Positions 29,587-44,189 of a stretch of 64,000 nucleotides of DNA are shown one piece after another. The stretch comes from Eledone cirrhosa (taxonomy: Eukaryota). Both the position numbers and the translations under genes were made by a program. Position 1 is the stretch's first letter. Each line of letters starts with the position of its first letter. Under the pieces are notes generated by a model, which was not told the DNA's origin, made no database searches, and saw only the letters and a program-made list of their open reading frames with translations. The DNA lies in contig OZ024741.1 in the NCBI GenBank assembly GCA_964016885.1, forward strand, positions 316,076,001 through 316,140,000, read 5' to 3'.

Positions 29587-30625
29587 TATGTGTGTGTGTG
29601 TGTGAAAGTATATGTGTGTTTGTGTGTGAAAGCATGTGTGCGTGTGAGTGAAAGTATGTGTGTGTGTGTGTGTGAAAGTATGTGTGTGTGAGTGTGAAAG
29701 TATGAGTGTGTGTGTGTGAAAGAATGTGTGTGTGTGTAAAAGTATGTGTGTGTGTGTGTGTGAAAGTATGTGTGTGTGTGTGAATGTATGTGTGTGTGTG
29801 AAAGTATGTGTGTGTGTGTGTGAAAGTATGTGCGTGTGTGAAAGTATGTGTGTGTATGAAAGTATGTATGTGTGTGTAAAAGTATGTGTGTGTGAAAGTA
29901 TGTGTGTGTGTGAAAGTATGCGTGTGTGTGTGTGTGTGTGAAAGTATGTGTGTGTGTGTGTGTGTGAAAGTATATGTGTGTTTGTGTGTGAAAGCATGTG
30001 TGCGTGTGAGTGAAAGTATGTGTGTGTGTGTGTGTGTGAAAGTATGTGTGTGTGAGTGTGAAAGTATGAGTGTGTGTGTGTGAAAGAATGTGTGTGTGTG
30101 TAAAAGTATGTGTGTGTGTGTGTGTGAAAGTATGTGTGTGTGTGTGAATGTATGTGTGTGTGTGAAAGTATGTGTGTGTGTGTGTGAAAGTATGTGCGTG
30201 TGTGAAAGTATGTGTGTGTGTTTGTATGAACGTATGTGTGTGTGTGAAAGTATGTGTGTGTGTGTGAAAGTATGTGTGTGAGTGTGAAAGTATGTGTGTG
30301 TGTTTGAAAGTATGTGTGTATGAGTGTGAAAGTATGTGTGTGTGAAAGAATGTGTGTGTGTGTTAAAGTATGTATGTGTGTGTGAAAGTATGTGTGTGAG
30401 TGTGAAAGTATGTGTGTGTGTTTGAAAGTATGTGTGTATGAGTGTGAAAGTATGTGTGTGTGAAAGAATGTGTGTGTGTGTTAAAGTATGTATGTGTGTG
30501 TGAAAGTATGTGTGTGTGTGTGTGAAATATGTGTGTGTGTGAAAGTATGTGTGTGTGTGAAAGTATGTGTGTGTGTGTGTGTGTGTGTGAAAGTATGTGT
30601 GTGTGTGTGAAAGTATGTGTGTGTT
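28695..30625. repeat. Degenerate (GT)n and compound (GT)n-GAAAGTAT minisatellite, interrupted by a Meta-like SINE (29255-29438, minus strand)
   Basis: Seen directly. The SINE matches 22373-22553. Confidence 0.9.
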
Positions 30626-31329
30626 TGCGCGCACAACCACAAAGCAATGCTGTCAAGCTACGTATATTACATCATATTCCTATAACCACTTCTCCACCAC
30701 CTCCGTCATATGTAATTCTTTCTGCCCACGCTCCCCCTCCTCGTGCTGCAGGAAGGGGAGGAGACTAATGTATTTTATTGTCATCAACTTTGTCGCAATA
30801 TGTATGCAAATGTATGACTGAGTAGTTTTCGTAGTATGAGAATATAGATTTACATACAAGAAATATACATACATACACATTATTTGAAACGTGTAAGGCC
30901 TACGGTGAAGTTTAATGGTTAGAAATAGATTAAGCTTGACCGTAGGTTTTACAGGTTTTTAATAATATCTACACTATTTTTCTTTATAGTATTGTCTTTC
31001 AAAAATGTTCTTCGTAGTTTCAATTAGTAACATCTTAACCCTACATATATACAAACATATACAAACATACAAACACACACAAATACATACATCTATCTCA
31101 GGCGAGGTGGAACTGGGGGGGGGGGGGTAATATTTTTCTTCCCAAACTACAAAACAATATTAATCTATATATGCGCTACAATTTATGTAAATATACATAC
31201 ATAAATAAACACGCGGGAGAAATATAGGTAACAGAGAAGGCAGAAGACATAAACACAAGGCCATCGGTTGTCATTTTAGCAATCATTATAGTTTCGGATG
31301 CTTTATTAAACATATGGTTATATATGACT

Positions 31330-31720
31330 GCTGTACGGATGTGAAGCTTGGAAGACAACAAAGAAGATGCAGTAGAAGATCCAGACATTCTTCAACACCA
31401 GTCTGAGAAGCATCTACAACATCAAATGGCTGGAGAAGATCAGAAAGGAAGGTCTATGGGAGCGAGCGGGACAGAACCCAGTGGCAAAGCAGATTCTGCC
31501 GAGGAAGTGGAGCAGGATTGGATAAACATTCAGGAAACCAGCATCCAACACCACAAACCAACCCCTGACCTGTAACCCACAGGTTAAGAGGAACAGAGGC
31601 CAGTCCTGCGGCAGCTGGAGGCGTGACACAGAGGCTGAATTAAGAAAAGTGGAAGCCAACTAGAGTTGTGTCAAATGGCGTAGGGTCGTCAATTGGCTGT
31701 GCGCCTTTGAGAGTGATGGC
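31330..31720 (+). mobile_element. RTE LINE 3' fragment (SR2-like subfamily)
   Basis: YGCEAWKTTK..KIQTFFNTSLRSIYNIKW..LWERAGQ..RKW..NPQVKRNRG..SWRR. Confidence 0.7.
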
Positions 31721-31899
31721 ACTGAATGATTCAATGAGAATATGATATTATCAAACGACTGTAATTGGAAATTTACGGATTACATTAAACTCTGAACTGT
31801 CTTTTACATATATTGATGTGGACTATAAAATACATTAAGCTTTAAAATGATCGTTGCCTATATATGGTTGTATTATCAATCATATAAAGTCCTCTCTCT

Positions 31900-32297
<398 letters not shown>

Positions 32298-32366
32298 TTA
32301 TTCACATACACATATATATATAGGTAGATTCTCGATGTATGTCTGTGTGTGTATGCATATATATAT

Positions 32367-32446
<80 letters not shown>

Positions 32447-32612
32447 ATAGTATGGAGTTCTTTCAAGGCGAATGAAAAACAGGAAGAAAAAACTGGTGTT
32501 TGATATGAAACGGAATGAAACTAGAGTTCAACATACGATTAACAATGTAGAAATAACAAACGCACGGTGCTTCAGTGTCTATATATGTATATATATGTGT
32601 GTGTGTGTATAA

Positions 32613-32890
<278 letters not shown>

Positions 32891-32941
32891 TATATATATA
32901 TATGTGTGTGTGTGTTTTTACATATATATAAACATATATAT

Positions 32942-32972
<31 letters not shown>

Positions 32973-32975
32973 CGA

Positions 32976-33036
<61 letters not shown>

Positions 33037-33239
33037 TGTGAGTGTGTGTGTATGAGAGAGAGAGAGGGTCCCGGGTTCAAACGGGGGATACTACAATAAG
33101 TAAGGCACACAATACATTCCTTCAAATAGAACAGTTCTAGTCATGTAGAAGCCATTTCTATAGTATTTTGTGTTACATATATATACATATATGTATACGT
33201 GTATATATACATGTACATGTATTTTTTTTTTTTTTTCGC

Positions 33240-33724
33240 GGCACTTTCTAGCACGCATGACCAGCTTGATTGTAATCTGATCTCAACGCTGGCCTTTGTC
33301 TTTGACGGGGTGGTAGTAGTTCACTATAAGCCTACGCTCCTTCACCAGATGGACATAAGTAGGCTTAATAATTGTTTCTACTTTAGGCACAAGGCCAGCA
33401 ATCAACCAGTGCATTACTGGTACTTTATTTTATCGACCCCGTAAGGATGAAAGGCAAAGTCAACCTCGGCGGGATTTGAACTCAGATCATAAAAATAGGC
33501 TTAATAATGAACACTTAAGGGCAGCCGACCGAGGCAGAAGTTGTTAAATGTTCGGTCGCCCTCATGTCTCTGATTTTCAGCCCCATGGATTTTGTCTATT
33601 ATGTTCCTTTGTTATATTTTGAATACCTGATGATGTCACCGATTTCATACTGAACCCGGCCATTGATATGATCATAGTATAATAAACCTTTCCAGGAATT
33701 ACACCAGTCCAGCGTCCTGTTATT

Positions 33725-33730
<6 letters not shown>
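33240..33730 (+). mobile_element. PLE pLTR-like unit, family F, with degenerate HHR (33623-33680) and an inserted SINE
   Basis: Homologous to 52635-52992. The HHR GAAA has become GATA. A Meta-like SINE fragment at 33373-33495 is flanked by the 13-bp TSD taggcttaataat. Confidence 0.8.
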
Positions 33731-33779
<49 letters not shown>

Positions 33780-33796
33780 ATATATATATATATATA

Positions 33797-33983
33797 TAAT
33801 TGTTTCTACTTTTTGGCACAAGGCCAGCAATTACCCAGTGCATTACTGCTACTTTATTTTATCGACCCGTAAGGATGAAAGGCAAAGTCAACCTCGGCGG
33901 GATTTGAACTCAGATCGTAAAGGGACGTAACTATGCTGCAAAGCATGGCATCGACCCTCTACCGATACTGCCAATCCACCGCC
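33797..33983 (-). mobile_element. tRNA-derived SINE with a Meta-like domain
   Basis: Reverse complement of the 22373-22553 family. Confidence 0.85.
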
Positions 33984-34004
33984 TTTATATATATATATAT
34001 ATAA

Positions 34005-34200
34005 TATAACGGAGGAAATGTGGTAAGGAACCAGGTGGACCATAACGCACCAAAGTACTCAATACTTATGGTAGTAGAGTGGGTAATAGGAATGAGTAGG
34101 ACCCCGACGGCTAAGCTCAAGCCGTTTCGACGGCTAATTCTGGACCCAGAATTAGCCGTCGAAACGGCTTGAGCTCAGCCGTCGGGGTCCTACTCATTCC

Positions 34201-34203
<3 letters not shown>
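34005..34203 (-). mobile_element. Family B element with an almost perfect 110-bp palindrome
   Basis: taggaatgagtaggaccccgacggct..aattctggacccagaatt..agccgtcggggtcctactcattccta. Confidence 0.9.
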
Positions 34204-34285
<82 letters not shown>

Positions 34286-34435
34286 TGTATACACACACAG
34301 GCACACATATATATATTTATACTTAAGAGGGTCATGCTGCCAATAAAAACACACGCACCTGTTGGTTTTCACTTCAATATATTATAAATTTCCGGTTAGT
34401 TGGTTCAATAGCCGGATAGTTATATATATATATAT

Positions 34436-34489
<54 letters not shown>

Positions 34490-34493
<4 letters not shown>

Positions 34494-36240
34494 CTGTTGA
34501 TGTTGAAATTTTCAGAGCTGGTTAGAATTTTTCGGTGTTTAACATCGATGACTCGGAATTTATCTAACATCCAATCAAGTATTCCAAATGTTGGCATCAG
34601 ATCAAGCACAGCAAACACATTGTGAGCCACGGATTTATAGAACGCAGATAATTCAGATGATTATATTTTTCTTATTCTTTCCTTGATACAAATACCACCA
34701 TATGATATATTTTCATCTATCCCTTAGTATCTGTAATATTCCTCGTCAGATATCTATGAAACAGTCAGGCCATTGATAAAAATGTTGGGAGACTGGCTTG
34801 TAGTTTTTCCCCGTTTTACAATCATATATGAATATTTATCCTGGCCAAACTTCATTCCTTTGTGTTTCGAGAATGTCGTAACCAGGTCAAAGTTTTTCTG
34901 TATCCCATTTATGTTCTTGGCATAAAGTTTCAGGTCACCCAGAAAGAAGATATAGGTTAGATTTGTATCCCTGTCCTCCTGTGAACCAATTATCTATCCT
35001 ACATATTTTTTCAGCAGAAGGGATAAGGGGTTTAATGACAGTTGAGATAGTATCTCCGAGAGACTGTCTCCTTCAAATATACTCCTGCGAGAACATAAAT
35101 GGGATGAAAAAAAACCTTGACCTTCGCTCAATAAATCCGTGGCCTGTTCTGATGCCAACATTTGGAATATTTGATGGGATGTTCGATAAAATCCGAGCCA
35201 TCGATGTTAAAGCCAAAAAATTCTAACCAGCTCTGGAAATTTCCACATCAACAGTAATATAGAATGCTTCTACTTGAAACGTAAACAGGGAGGTATATAT
35301 GTATACGACACTCAAACAACATTTGAGTCTCGCATCATATTCCTCCGACAACATCTACAAACAACCAAGCGCAGGAGCCCATCTATTGAACAAGTCTGTC
35401 TACATGAGACAGATAACTTCATGAGAGTTGGGAAGGAACTCCTTGAGAAATACTCCCTGCATGATAACCAAATATTCACACCAAAGAAAATTGTACAGCA
35501 ATACAGCAATGAATCCATGGATGAAAAACTTCATGCTTATCAGCAAACAAATCTATGTTGGCTATGTTGCTCGGAAGCTCTAAAGTGAGAGTAATGTAGT
35601 AAGTAAAGTAGTCTATCTTGGACCAACAACCGCTATATTAGCTCCCACTTTGAAGGATATGATTTTGCAATCCAAGAACAGGAAATCAACACAAAATACC
35701 GGATTCACAAAAAAAAGAAAGGGATGCAGGCAAAGCACCTAGATATGACAACAGATGCAGACTCTGCAGAATTAACATCGAAAATATCACCTATATCATA
35801 AGCAGCTTTCTAAAGATGACATCACGGTAATATCTACCTACAAAGTATGATGCAGTGCCAAAACACCATACAATGTAATCCATAGAATGGGTAGCCCCAA
35901 CAATAAACACATAAAAAGTTACAGCAATGTAAAGAACATATACATAATATGAAAGAGTACAGGTGGAATGTTCCAGTCAAAGCCCCAATTCAGAAATTCT
36001 GCATGTAGTAACTACATATCACAGAAACATATGCATGTGTACACATATAACTCAAAGTATGCAGATCCACACGTACAATAACATCCATACCTGCGTACAC
36101 ACATACACACACACTCACTAACGTTCACACACAAACACTAAAATATAGAGACATATATACGTATTTACCAAGTTGATGTCTAAATTCCAATGAAAGAGTC
36201 TTGTGACTATATTAGAAACCCGCTCTCTCAAAGCCAGAAC
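34490..36240. mobile_element. R4/Dong-like LINE 3' part with an inverted 5' segment (34490-35060 minus, 35130-36240 plus), ending in (CATA)n
   Basis: Minus strand reads LFFLGDLKLYA..LMPTFGILDW. Plus strand reads LMPTFGIF..TTFESRII..AIQEQEI..CRLC. Homologous to 40230-41620. Confidence 0.8.
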
Positions 36241-36319
36241 ATACATACATACATACATACATACATACATACATACATACATACATACATACATACATAC
36301 ATACATACATACATACATA

Positions 36320-36471
36320 CATGATGGCTGCCCCCTCGTTATCGAGTATGGCCATTGCACGAGGAGAAAAAAATTAATAAATAAATAAAAAAGAAAATAA
36401 ATTTAAAAAATAAAAATATATATATATACACATACACACACACATACATTAATAACAATAATAATAAGAAG

Positions 36472-36503
<32 letters not shown>

Positions 36504-39500
36504 CAATAATAATAACGACAACAACAATAATAATATACATATACATATATATATACACATACACGCACACACATAAACATATCTATACACACACACACAC
36601 ACACACGATAGCAACTAACAGCGCTGCGATCGAATGTGGCTTTTTAGCCCAGCCAATGATCTAAAATGTCTTGCACAGAGTCGGCAACCAAAACATTCAC
36701 TGGGAATAGTCGGCTGTGATTGGAGTTCGTGTACTTTTGCATGTCGCTTGAGCCCTCCTGCTGATTTACATTCTCTACCACATGTTTGGCAAGCATGATG
36801 AGTAGCATCTCCAACAGCAGCCTGGTAGTCAACCACTGGTCTTACTTTATGACTGCGAAGATGACTTTCGAGTCCAGCTTCGCTTAGGCAGAGTCTCGCA
36901 CAGACGCTGCACGTCAGCACCATAGGAGGACCCTCGCCGTCTGGAAGTGCAACAGCAATGCCCTTCCTCACATCCCGCTTTACTTTCTCGTATGCGATTC
37001 GAGATGCCTCAAAGGCAACTTTTCCCTCATATACAGTCTTTCTCCATTTATTACGATCAGCAGCAACATTTTCCCATGTATCAGCAGAGATGTTAGCGTC
37101 TTTCAGAGAGGCTTTCAAGGAATCCTTATACATCTTTTTTGGTTTATGTGGCGGTCGTTTTCCTTTAACCAACTCTCCATAAAAGAGTTGTTTTGGTATT
37201 CTAGAATCCTTCATCCTGGCAAGGTGACGACTCCAACGGAGTCATTGCTTAAGCACAAGAGCTTCTATACTGTCACACATAGAGCTTTCCAGAATCTCGA
37301 CATCACTGATATGGTCCCTCCAGTGAACGCCATGGATCCGTCTGAGACACATCTGATGGAAACGCTCCAATTGCTTAAGGTGGTGTCGATATGTGACCCA
37401 GGTCTCGCGGGCATAAAGAAGACAAGAGAGCACACATGCCCTTTACACCTTTACCTTTGTCCTCCTGCATATGTCTCGCCTACCCCAGAGTCGCCTTTCT
37501 AGCTTTCCGAAAGCATCACTTGCTTTCCTAATCCTAAGTGAGATTTCACTGTCAAGGTTGCTGTATCGATTGACAGTGCTTCCCAGGTAGACAAACTGAT
37601 CAACCACTCCAAGTCGTTTGCCATACACATAGATGTTTAGTTCAGTGTACTGCTTACCAGGGGCAGGTTGTTACATGACGACGGTTTTCTTGAGACTGAC
37701 AGTCAATCCTAGGGCAGTGCAAGCGTCAGAAAATGCATTCAAAATGTGCTGCATATCACTCTCTGTGTGCGCTACAAGATTGCAATCATCTGCATACAAG
37801 AGGTCTCTTATGATTGATGTAAATACTTTTGTCTTCGCAGCAAAGCGCCTGATGTTAAATATGCTACCTGAGGTTCGATATCGGATGTAAACACCATGCT
37901 CGCAATTCCTGAATGCAATACAGAAAACCATTGCAAAGTATATGGCAAACAGGGTCGGTGCTGGAATATCCCCCTGTTTCACTCCATTTTTTACTGAGAT
38001 AGGCTCCGACATGTTACCTCCGACATTAACCCAAGCCTTCATGTCGTCATGGAAAGACCTAACCAAAGCAAGGAACTTATCAGGGCAAACAAGTTTCTGG
38101 AGAACCTTCCATAATGCATCTCTGTTAACAGTATCGAAAGCTTTTGTCAGATCGACAAAAACCTGATACAGATCCAAGCCTTGTTCCATGCACTTCTCCT
38201 GGAGCTGTCTAGCTAAGAAGATCATATCAGTAGTGCCGTGTCCAGCACGAAAACCAGATTGACTTGCAGGAAGAACACAATTTGCAATGTGTGTCAGCAG
38301 ACGGTCCAGAATCACTCTACTTAAACTTTCCCTACGACAGAAAGCAATGATATACCTCTGTAGTTCGCACAATCATTCCTGTTACCCTTTCCCTTGTACA
38401 AAACCACCATTACTGCATCTCTCCAGTCCTCAGGTACGGATTCATTAGCCCATATCCTGCCAAACAAAGAGTGAAGATGTTGCAGGAGTCTCTCACCACC
38501 ATATTGTAGGAGCTCAGCATGTATGCCATCCATACCTGGAGATCTTCCATTGTTCAGCTTCGAAATAGCCACTGCAACCTCCACAAGCGTCGGAGGTTCT
38601 GCGAGAGCTACTTTTACAGGACTTTCTGGAATGAGATTGAGGAAATCTTCACTGACGACAGACGGCTGATTCAAAAGATCATCAAAGTGCTCTCGCCACC
38701 TTCGTAGAATTCCTTGTGAGTCACGAAGAAGTTCTTTGCCATCCTTTCTGTGAAGCGGTGTCACCAAAGAAGAAGACGGTCCATAAACCTCACGCAAGAG
38801 ACTGTACAACAGCTTTGTGTTATTGGAATCTGACGCAGTTTGTATCTCACCAGCCTTCTCACTCCACCACTGATCCTTCATCTGAGAAAGACTCCGCCTA
38901 ATACGTGATTTTACATACCTGAGCTCCTCATGCAACGTATTCCTCTCCTGTGGTTTTGCCGTCAAGTAACGTGACAGAGCACGCCTCTTATCAGCCAACA
39001 AGTCTTCTATATGTACATCATTCTCATTAAACCAGTCCTGATGTTTTCTCTGCACCAATCCCAGAACACGCCTGCCTACATCATAAACCGACTTTTTAAG
39101 GGTCGGCCAATCCTCACCAAGATCTGCAGCCTGCATCTCTTCTTCCAATGACCTCTTCACATTTTTATCCTTAAGACGAGCAGCATTCAATCTTTTGGGC
39201 AGGGCAACACCAGGAGCCCGGATTTTACGTTTAGTGATTAGTTTCACTTTTGCGCGTACCAGGCGGTGGTCCGTCCAGCACTCAGCTCCACGAAGAGCAC
39301 GAACACACTGCACATCCTGTCTGTCACGCATCCTGACTAGGACGTAGTCCAAAAGATGCCATTCCTTAGATGCAGGATGCATCCATGTGGTCTTAAATTT
39401 GTTCTTTTGTTGGAACATGGTGTTGGTAACACACAGATCCAGCTCCTCACACATCTGCAGCAGGAGCATACCATTGTTGTTACACTTTCCCACCCCATGC

Positions 39501-40147
39501 CTTCCGATTACATTCCATGTGTTAAAATCCCTACCCACCCTAGCATTAAAGTCACCAAGCACGATGACTTTGTCTGCCTGAGGGATATTTCTTAAAACAC
39601 CTTTCAAGGCATGGTAAAAGGACACTTTTTCTTCATCGACAGAATTCATAGTTGGAGCATACACACTCACCAGGGTAGCATATCTTCCTTTTTCCAGCGG
39701 AACTCTCATGGACATAAGACGCTCACTAATCCCTACTGGGAATTCTTCTAATTTATTCACAAGTACAGTCTTAACAGCAAATCTTACCCCTGGTTCCTTC
39801 ATCTCTTCCTTTCCAGAAGAATGTATATTTTCCACAAAATTCCATAAGATGACCATCTCCAGCTAGCCTCGTCTCAGATAAAGCCACGATGTCAAGATCG
39901 TAACGTCGAAGCTCCTTTGCAACAAGAGCGGTCCTTCGTTCAGGGCGCTCCAAGGAATCCCTGCCAAGCAGCGTCCGTACGTTCCAGCAGCCAAGACTAA
40001 ATGCCTTGTTTGGCTCTATTACAATGGCACGATGACAAGCGGGCCCAGGCTGTGATAAGCTGGGGCCCCTGCCCCTATTGCCAATTATCTTTTTTGTTCC
40101 AGAACCTAAATTGCCAATTATCTCTTTTATATTGTTCTGGAACATCA

Positions 40148-40148
<1 letters not shown>
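36320..40148 (-). mobile_element. Nearly full-length RTE (BovB-like) LINE: APE, RT and three C2H2 zinc fingers, with an (ATGT)n tail
   Basis: CWNVRTL, SETR, VYAPT, GDFNARVG and TDHRLV (APE). NYRGISLL, QSGFR, FVDLTKAFD, GVKQG, LLYADD and FVYLGS (RT). A few frameshifts and stops (about 39800, 38330, 37670, 37440, 37240). Confidence 0.95.
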
Positions 40149-40178
<30 letters not shown>

Positions 40179-40229
40179 CATACATACATACATACATACA
40201 TACATACATACATACATACATACATACAT

Positions 40230-41618
40230 AACACACCAACGTTTGGAATACTCAATTGGACGATAGACGAAATCCGAGCAATTGATGTTAATACTAAACA
40301 ACACCGGAAACTTCCACATCAACAGTGACATAGACCGCCTTTACTCGAAACGTAAGCAGGGAGACAGAGACCTAACATCAGTCCAGACAGAATTTGAATG
40401 TCGCATCATATCCCTCCGACAACATCTACGAACCTCGAAGCGTAGGAGCCCGTCTCTCGAGCAAGTCTATCTGCATGAAACAGATAAGATCATGAGAGTT
40501 GGGAAGGATCTCCTCGAGAGATATTCCCTGTGTGATAATCAAAAACTCACACCCAGGGAAGTCGCTCAGCAGTATCGCAGTGAATCCATGGATGAAAAAC
40601 TGCATGCTTATCAGCAAAAAATCATGCATGGATATGTTGCCAGGAAGCTCCAGGGTGAGAGTAATATAGATAAAGAAAGTAGTCTATCTTGGACCAACAA
40701 CCGCTATATTGGCTCCCACTTTGAAAGACATGCTTTGCAATCCAAGAACAGGAAATCAACACGAAATACCTGATTCACAAAAGAGATAGAAATGCAGGCA
40801 AACCACCTAGATGTGATAACAAGTGCAAACTCTGCAGAATTAACATCGAAGATTTCACCCATGTCATAAGCAGCTGTCCAAAGATGTCATCGCGGTACTA
40901 TATACCTATGAGGCATGATGTAGTGGCCAAACACTGTACAATGCAATCCGTAGAAAAGATAGCCCCGATAATAAACACATTAAAAGCTACAGCAATCGGG
41001 AAGACATACATGCATAATATGAAAGAGTACTGGTGGAATGTTCCAATAAAAACCCCAATAAAATGCAGTCATAACATACCAGATATTATGATATGGGACA
41101 GGGAAAAGGCATGCACAGTAGTGGAAGTTAGCTGCCCAGCAGATGCCAATATAATTTCAAAGATTAGCGAAAAGGAGAATATTTATGCAGAAATGATGAG
41201 AAATCTGCAGATACTCCACCCTCATTATACCTTCAGATTTATGACTGTGATTATTGGTGCACTGGGGTATGTTAGTAACTGCCTCGATACACATCTTGAG
41301 AAGCTGGGCTTCACAGGAACAGAAAGAACACAATTAGTTAGGAAATTACAAGTACAATCCATTAATGGAACAGTAAAAATATGTAAAACATTCCAAAAAT
41401 GTTGCATCTAAAAACTGCATATACACATGTACAGATACACATGCACACATATAACTCAAAACATACACATCCACACATACAATAACATCCATATCTACAC
41501 ATGCATACATATCTACCTAGTTAATGTTGTGTAAATTCCAATGAGAGAGTCTTGTGTCTATGTTAGAACCCTACTCTCTCTATTGGCAAAAATTTGTGAA
41601 ATTATAAAACCAGAAGAA
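40230..41618 (+). mobile_element. 5'-truncated R4/Dong-like LINE (CCHC finger, RHD, REL), with (CATA)n at both ends
   Basis: DIDRLY, CKLC..H..SSC, YIPMRHD, EYWWN and PDIMIWD..VVEVSCP..K..Y. Confidence 0.9.
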
Positions 41619-41900
41619 CATACATACATACATACACAGTTTCTCTAAACACAAACGCACACACACATGCACGCACACACATACATACACACACACACAT
41701 ATACACACAGTGTGACAAACAGTTGAAGTGTACGATTAAGTGTACGATAAAGCTTGACGCACTTCTTAATATATATCATATCTTAATTAACTACGAACGC
41801 TAATTTTATGCGAATTAGTACGTCCATTTCAGAATAACACTAAGTCCTGGGTGAACAACCCACCGAATTCATGTTTCTTTATGGTTGTTCGGATGATATA

Positions 41901-41950
41901 CATGCCTTCTGATGAGAGTCCAATTAGGTCCGAAATTTGATTAAAAATGT
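41901..41950 (+). ncRNA. Hammerhead-like core, degenerate
   Basis: CTGATGA(41909)-gagtccaattaggtcc-GAAA T TTG ATT. Helices I and II are imperfect. Confidence 0.4.
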
Positions 41951-42128
41951 TTATATTTTGTTTCAATCCACAATGAAATTCGTACATCCTGGCATGTTTA
42001 CGTGACTACATATTAAATCATGTATATATATATATATACACATTGGTGCAGTCTTGGTTACCTACTCTGGATATATACAGATACTTCAGCGTACACTTCG
42101 GGTGCTTAGTGCACTCCTTAATATATAA

Positions 42129-42195
<67 letters not shown>

Positions 42196-42198
<3 letters not shown>

Positions 42199-42330
42199 GT
42201 AAAAAAACAAAAAACAAAGACAATAACAAAGAGTGCAGTACGAACAGTGTGGTATTAGGTTCACACTTGAGAGTGGGGGTGGGGAACGACGTTTCGGGCA
42301 TATGCCCTTCATCAGGAGAAAAGTGGGAAG
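42196..42330 (-). mobile_element. PLE-type 3' end with hammerhead core
   Basis: Reverse complement: CTGATGA-A GGGCA TA TGCCC-GAAAC GTC GTT (42285-42315). The element ends at (TA)n. Helix I is not evident. Confidence 0.55.
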
Positions 42331-44189
42331 GAAAAGAGTTCCCAGGTGTGAGGGGGGAGTGGTGGAAAGGCATTAAAAAAGACTTTAAAAATTTAAAAGG
42401 AAGGAAAAAAATTAAAAGGAGGGAAAAAAATTAAAATGAAAACAAGTGGTGAAAGGGTGTGAGGCGTGTAGACGTGGTGGTGGGTGGTAACAGGGGTCCG
42501 AGCGGAGAGGGTGGAAGGTGGTGTGTGGGTATGTGTGTAGGTGTACGTGTGTGTGTGTATGTGTGAATGTGGGTGTGAGAGTTTGGGGAAGAACGAGGTT
42601 CCATGTTCTGGTAATAGGAAAACCAGTGTGTACATGGGGGTGGAGTGTAAGTCAGTGTGTGTGTGTGCGTGTGAATAGAGAGGGATCGGTGGGGTGGGGG
42701 AGAAGAGGCGTGCGGAGTCCGGAGGCCGAGTAGGTGTATGTGAGGATACGCACGTGTATGTGTGTGTGTGTGTTTTGTGTGGTGTGGATACGTGGGAATG
42801 TACGGTTGCGTGTGTGCGAAAATAGTGTAAGCTTTTGTGTGTGTGTTCCTGAATGGTTTTCCGGTGAGTGTATGGACAGATGGTGAAAAATCCGGGTATA
42901 AGAAGGTGGATGTCCAGAGCGTGTTACCAGTGGTGTAGGATCCGTGGAATGGTGAAAGGGAGTAGAAAGTTGTGGGGTGCGCGCACAGCAGGAAATGGTT
43001 AAGAAGGTCAAGGCAGGGGGGTGTACAAGACAGGGCGAAGGATGCGAGAGAGAGGAGATAGCAGTTAAGAGGGTGACAGACAGGCGAGTGGTAGTTGGCG
43101 TGTGTGGCCTGTATATTGTGTGGAATGTGTGTATGTGTGTGTGCGGAGATCCGGTGGAAAGGAGAGGAGGTGGGTTAGTGTGAAAAGTTGAGGGAGAGGG
43201 TGGCGTTGTGTGTGTGAGGCTGTTCGTAGTCTTGAGGAGAGAGAGAAGGGTCTGGGTACAGTATGAGTGAGTGTGATATACTGGTGTGCGTGTTTGGGTG
43301 TGAGTGCGTATGTGTGTGGTAGTGTGGGTGTTAGTATTATTAGTGGTGGGGGTTAGTGGTGGTAGTGAGGGTGTGGAGTGAGTGTGGGTGAGTGTGTGTA
43401 TGCTGGTGCGTGTTCGTGTGTGCGTGGTGAGGGGGGAAGGTGAGTTGGGTGATCAACTTGGTAAATACGTATATAGTCTGTATATGTTAGTCTTTGTATG
43501 TATGTATATATATATGCAGGTGTGTGTGTGCATATATATGTGTGTGTATGTATGTAATACGTGAATATATAATATATAATTAAAAGAAAGGAGAAGGAGA
43601 TATAATATATATACACACAGAAAATGAATTTTTATAGAGATATATTTATCAAGATGAGAAGCTCAATGTGTTATTATCATCAGCAATCATGCGGAATAAA
43701 ACCATTCAAGTGGAATAAAACCGTGGTTTAACTCCATGCTGTAAGATCTGAACAATTGAGGATATGCAGCATCACAGAGCATTAAACATTGCTTAAGTAA
43801 AAATAAGCAAAGATTTCACTCAAATTAAATAATTAATCGTTCTATAATTGTTTCGATTAATGAAGATAAATTTACAATTAATCAACGAAATTGCTAAAAT
43901 AATTGTACTAATGATATGATAATCATTCAGATTTCCATCGATTTAACATCAAAATTTCTTCAGGAAAAACGATTGATTAAAATTGAAATGTCCCTTTATA
44001 TTGACAGAAACAAATTAATAATAATAATAATAAAGTAAAAGTGAATGAACATAAGCAAAATAAACGAAATATTCCTTCATAATACGACAAGCTAAATAAT
44101 ACATCAAGAAAAATGTTATTCAGTTAAAACCGTTAGAGAGAGAAACGTTAATATTTTAGAAGGAACAAATTATATATAAGATAAAAATA

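Noticed and set aside
29455-30625. Regularly spaced GAAAGTAT resembling a CRISPR array
   Set aside because: The spacers are only (GT)n, so this is a eukaryotic compound minisatellite.
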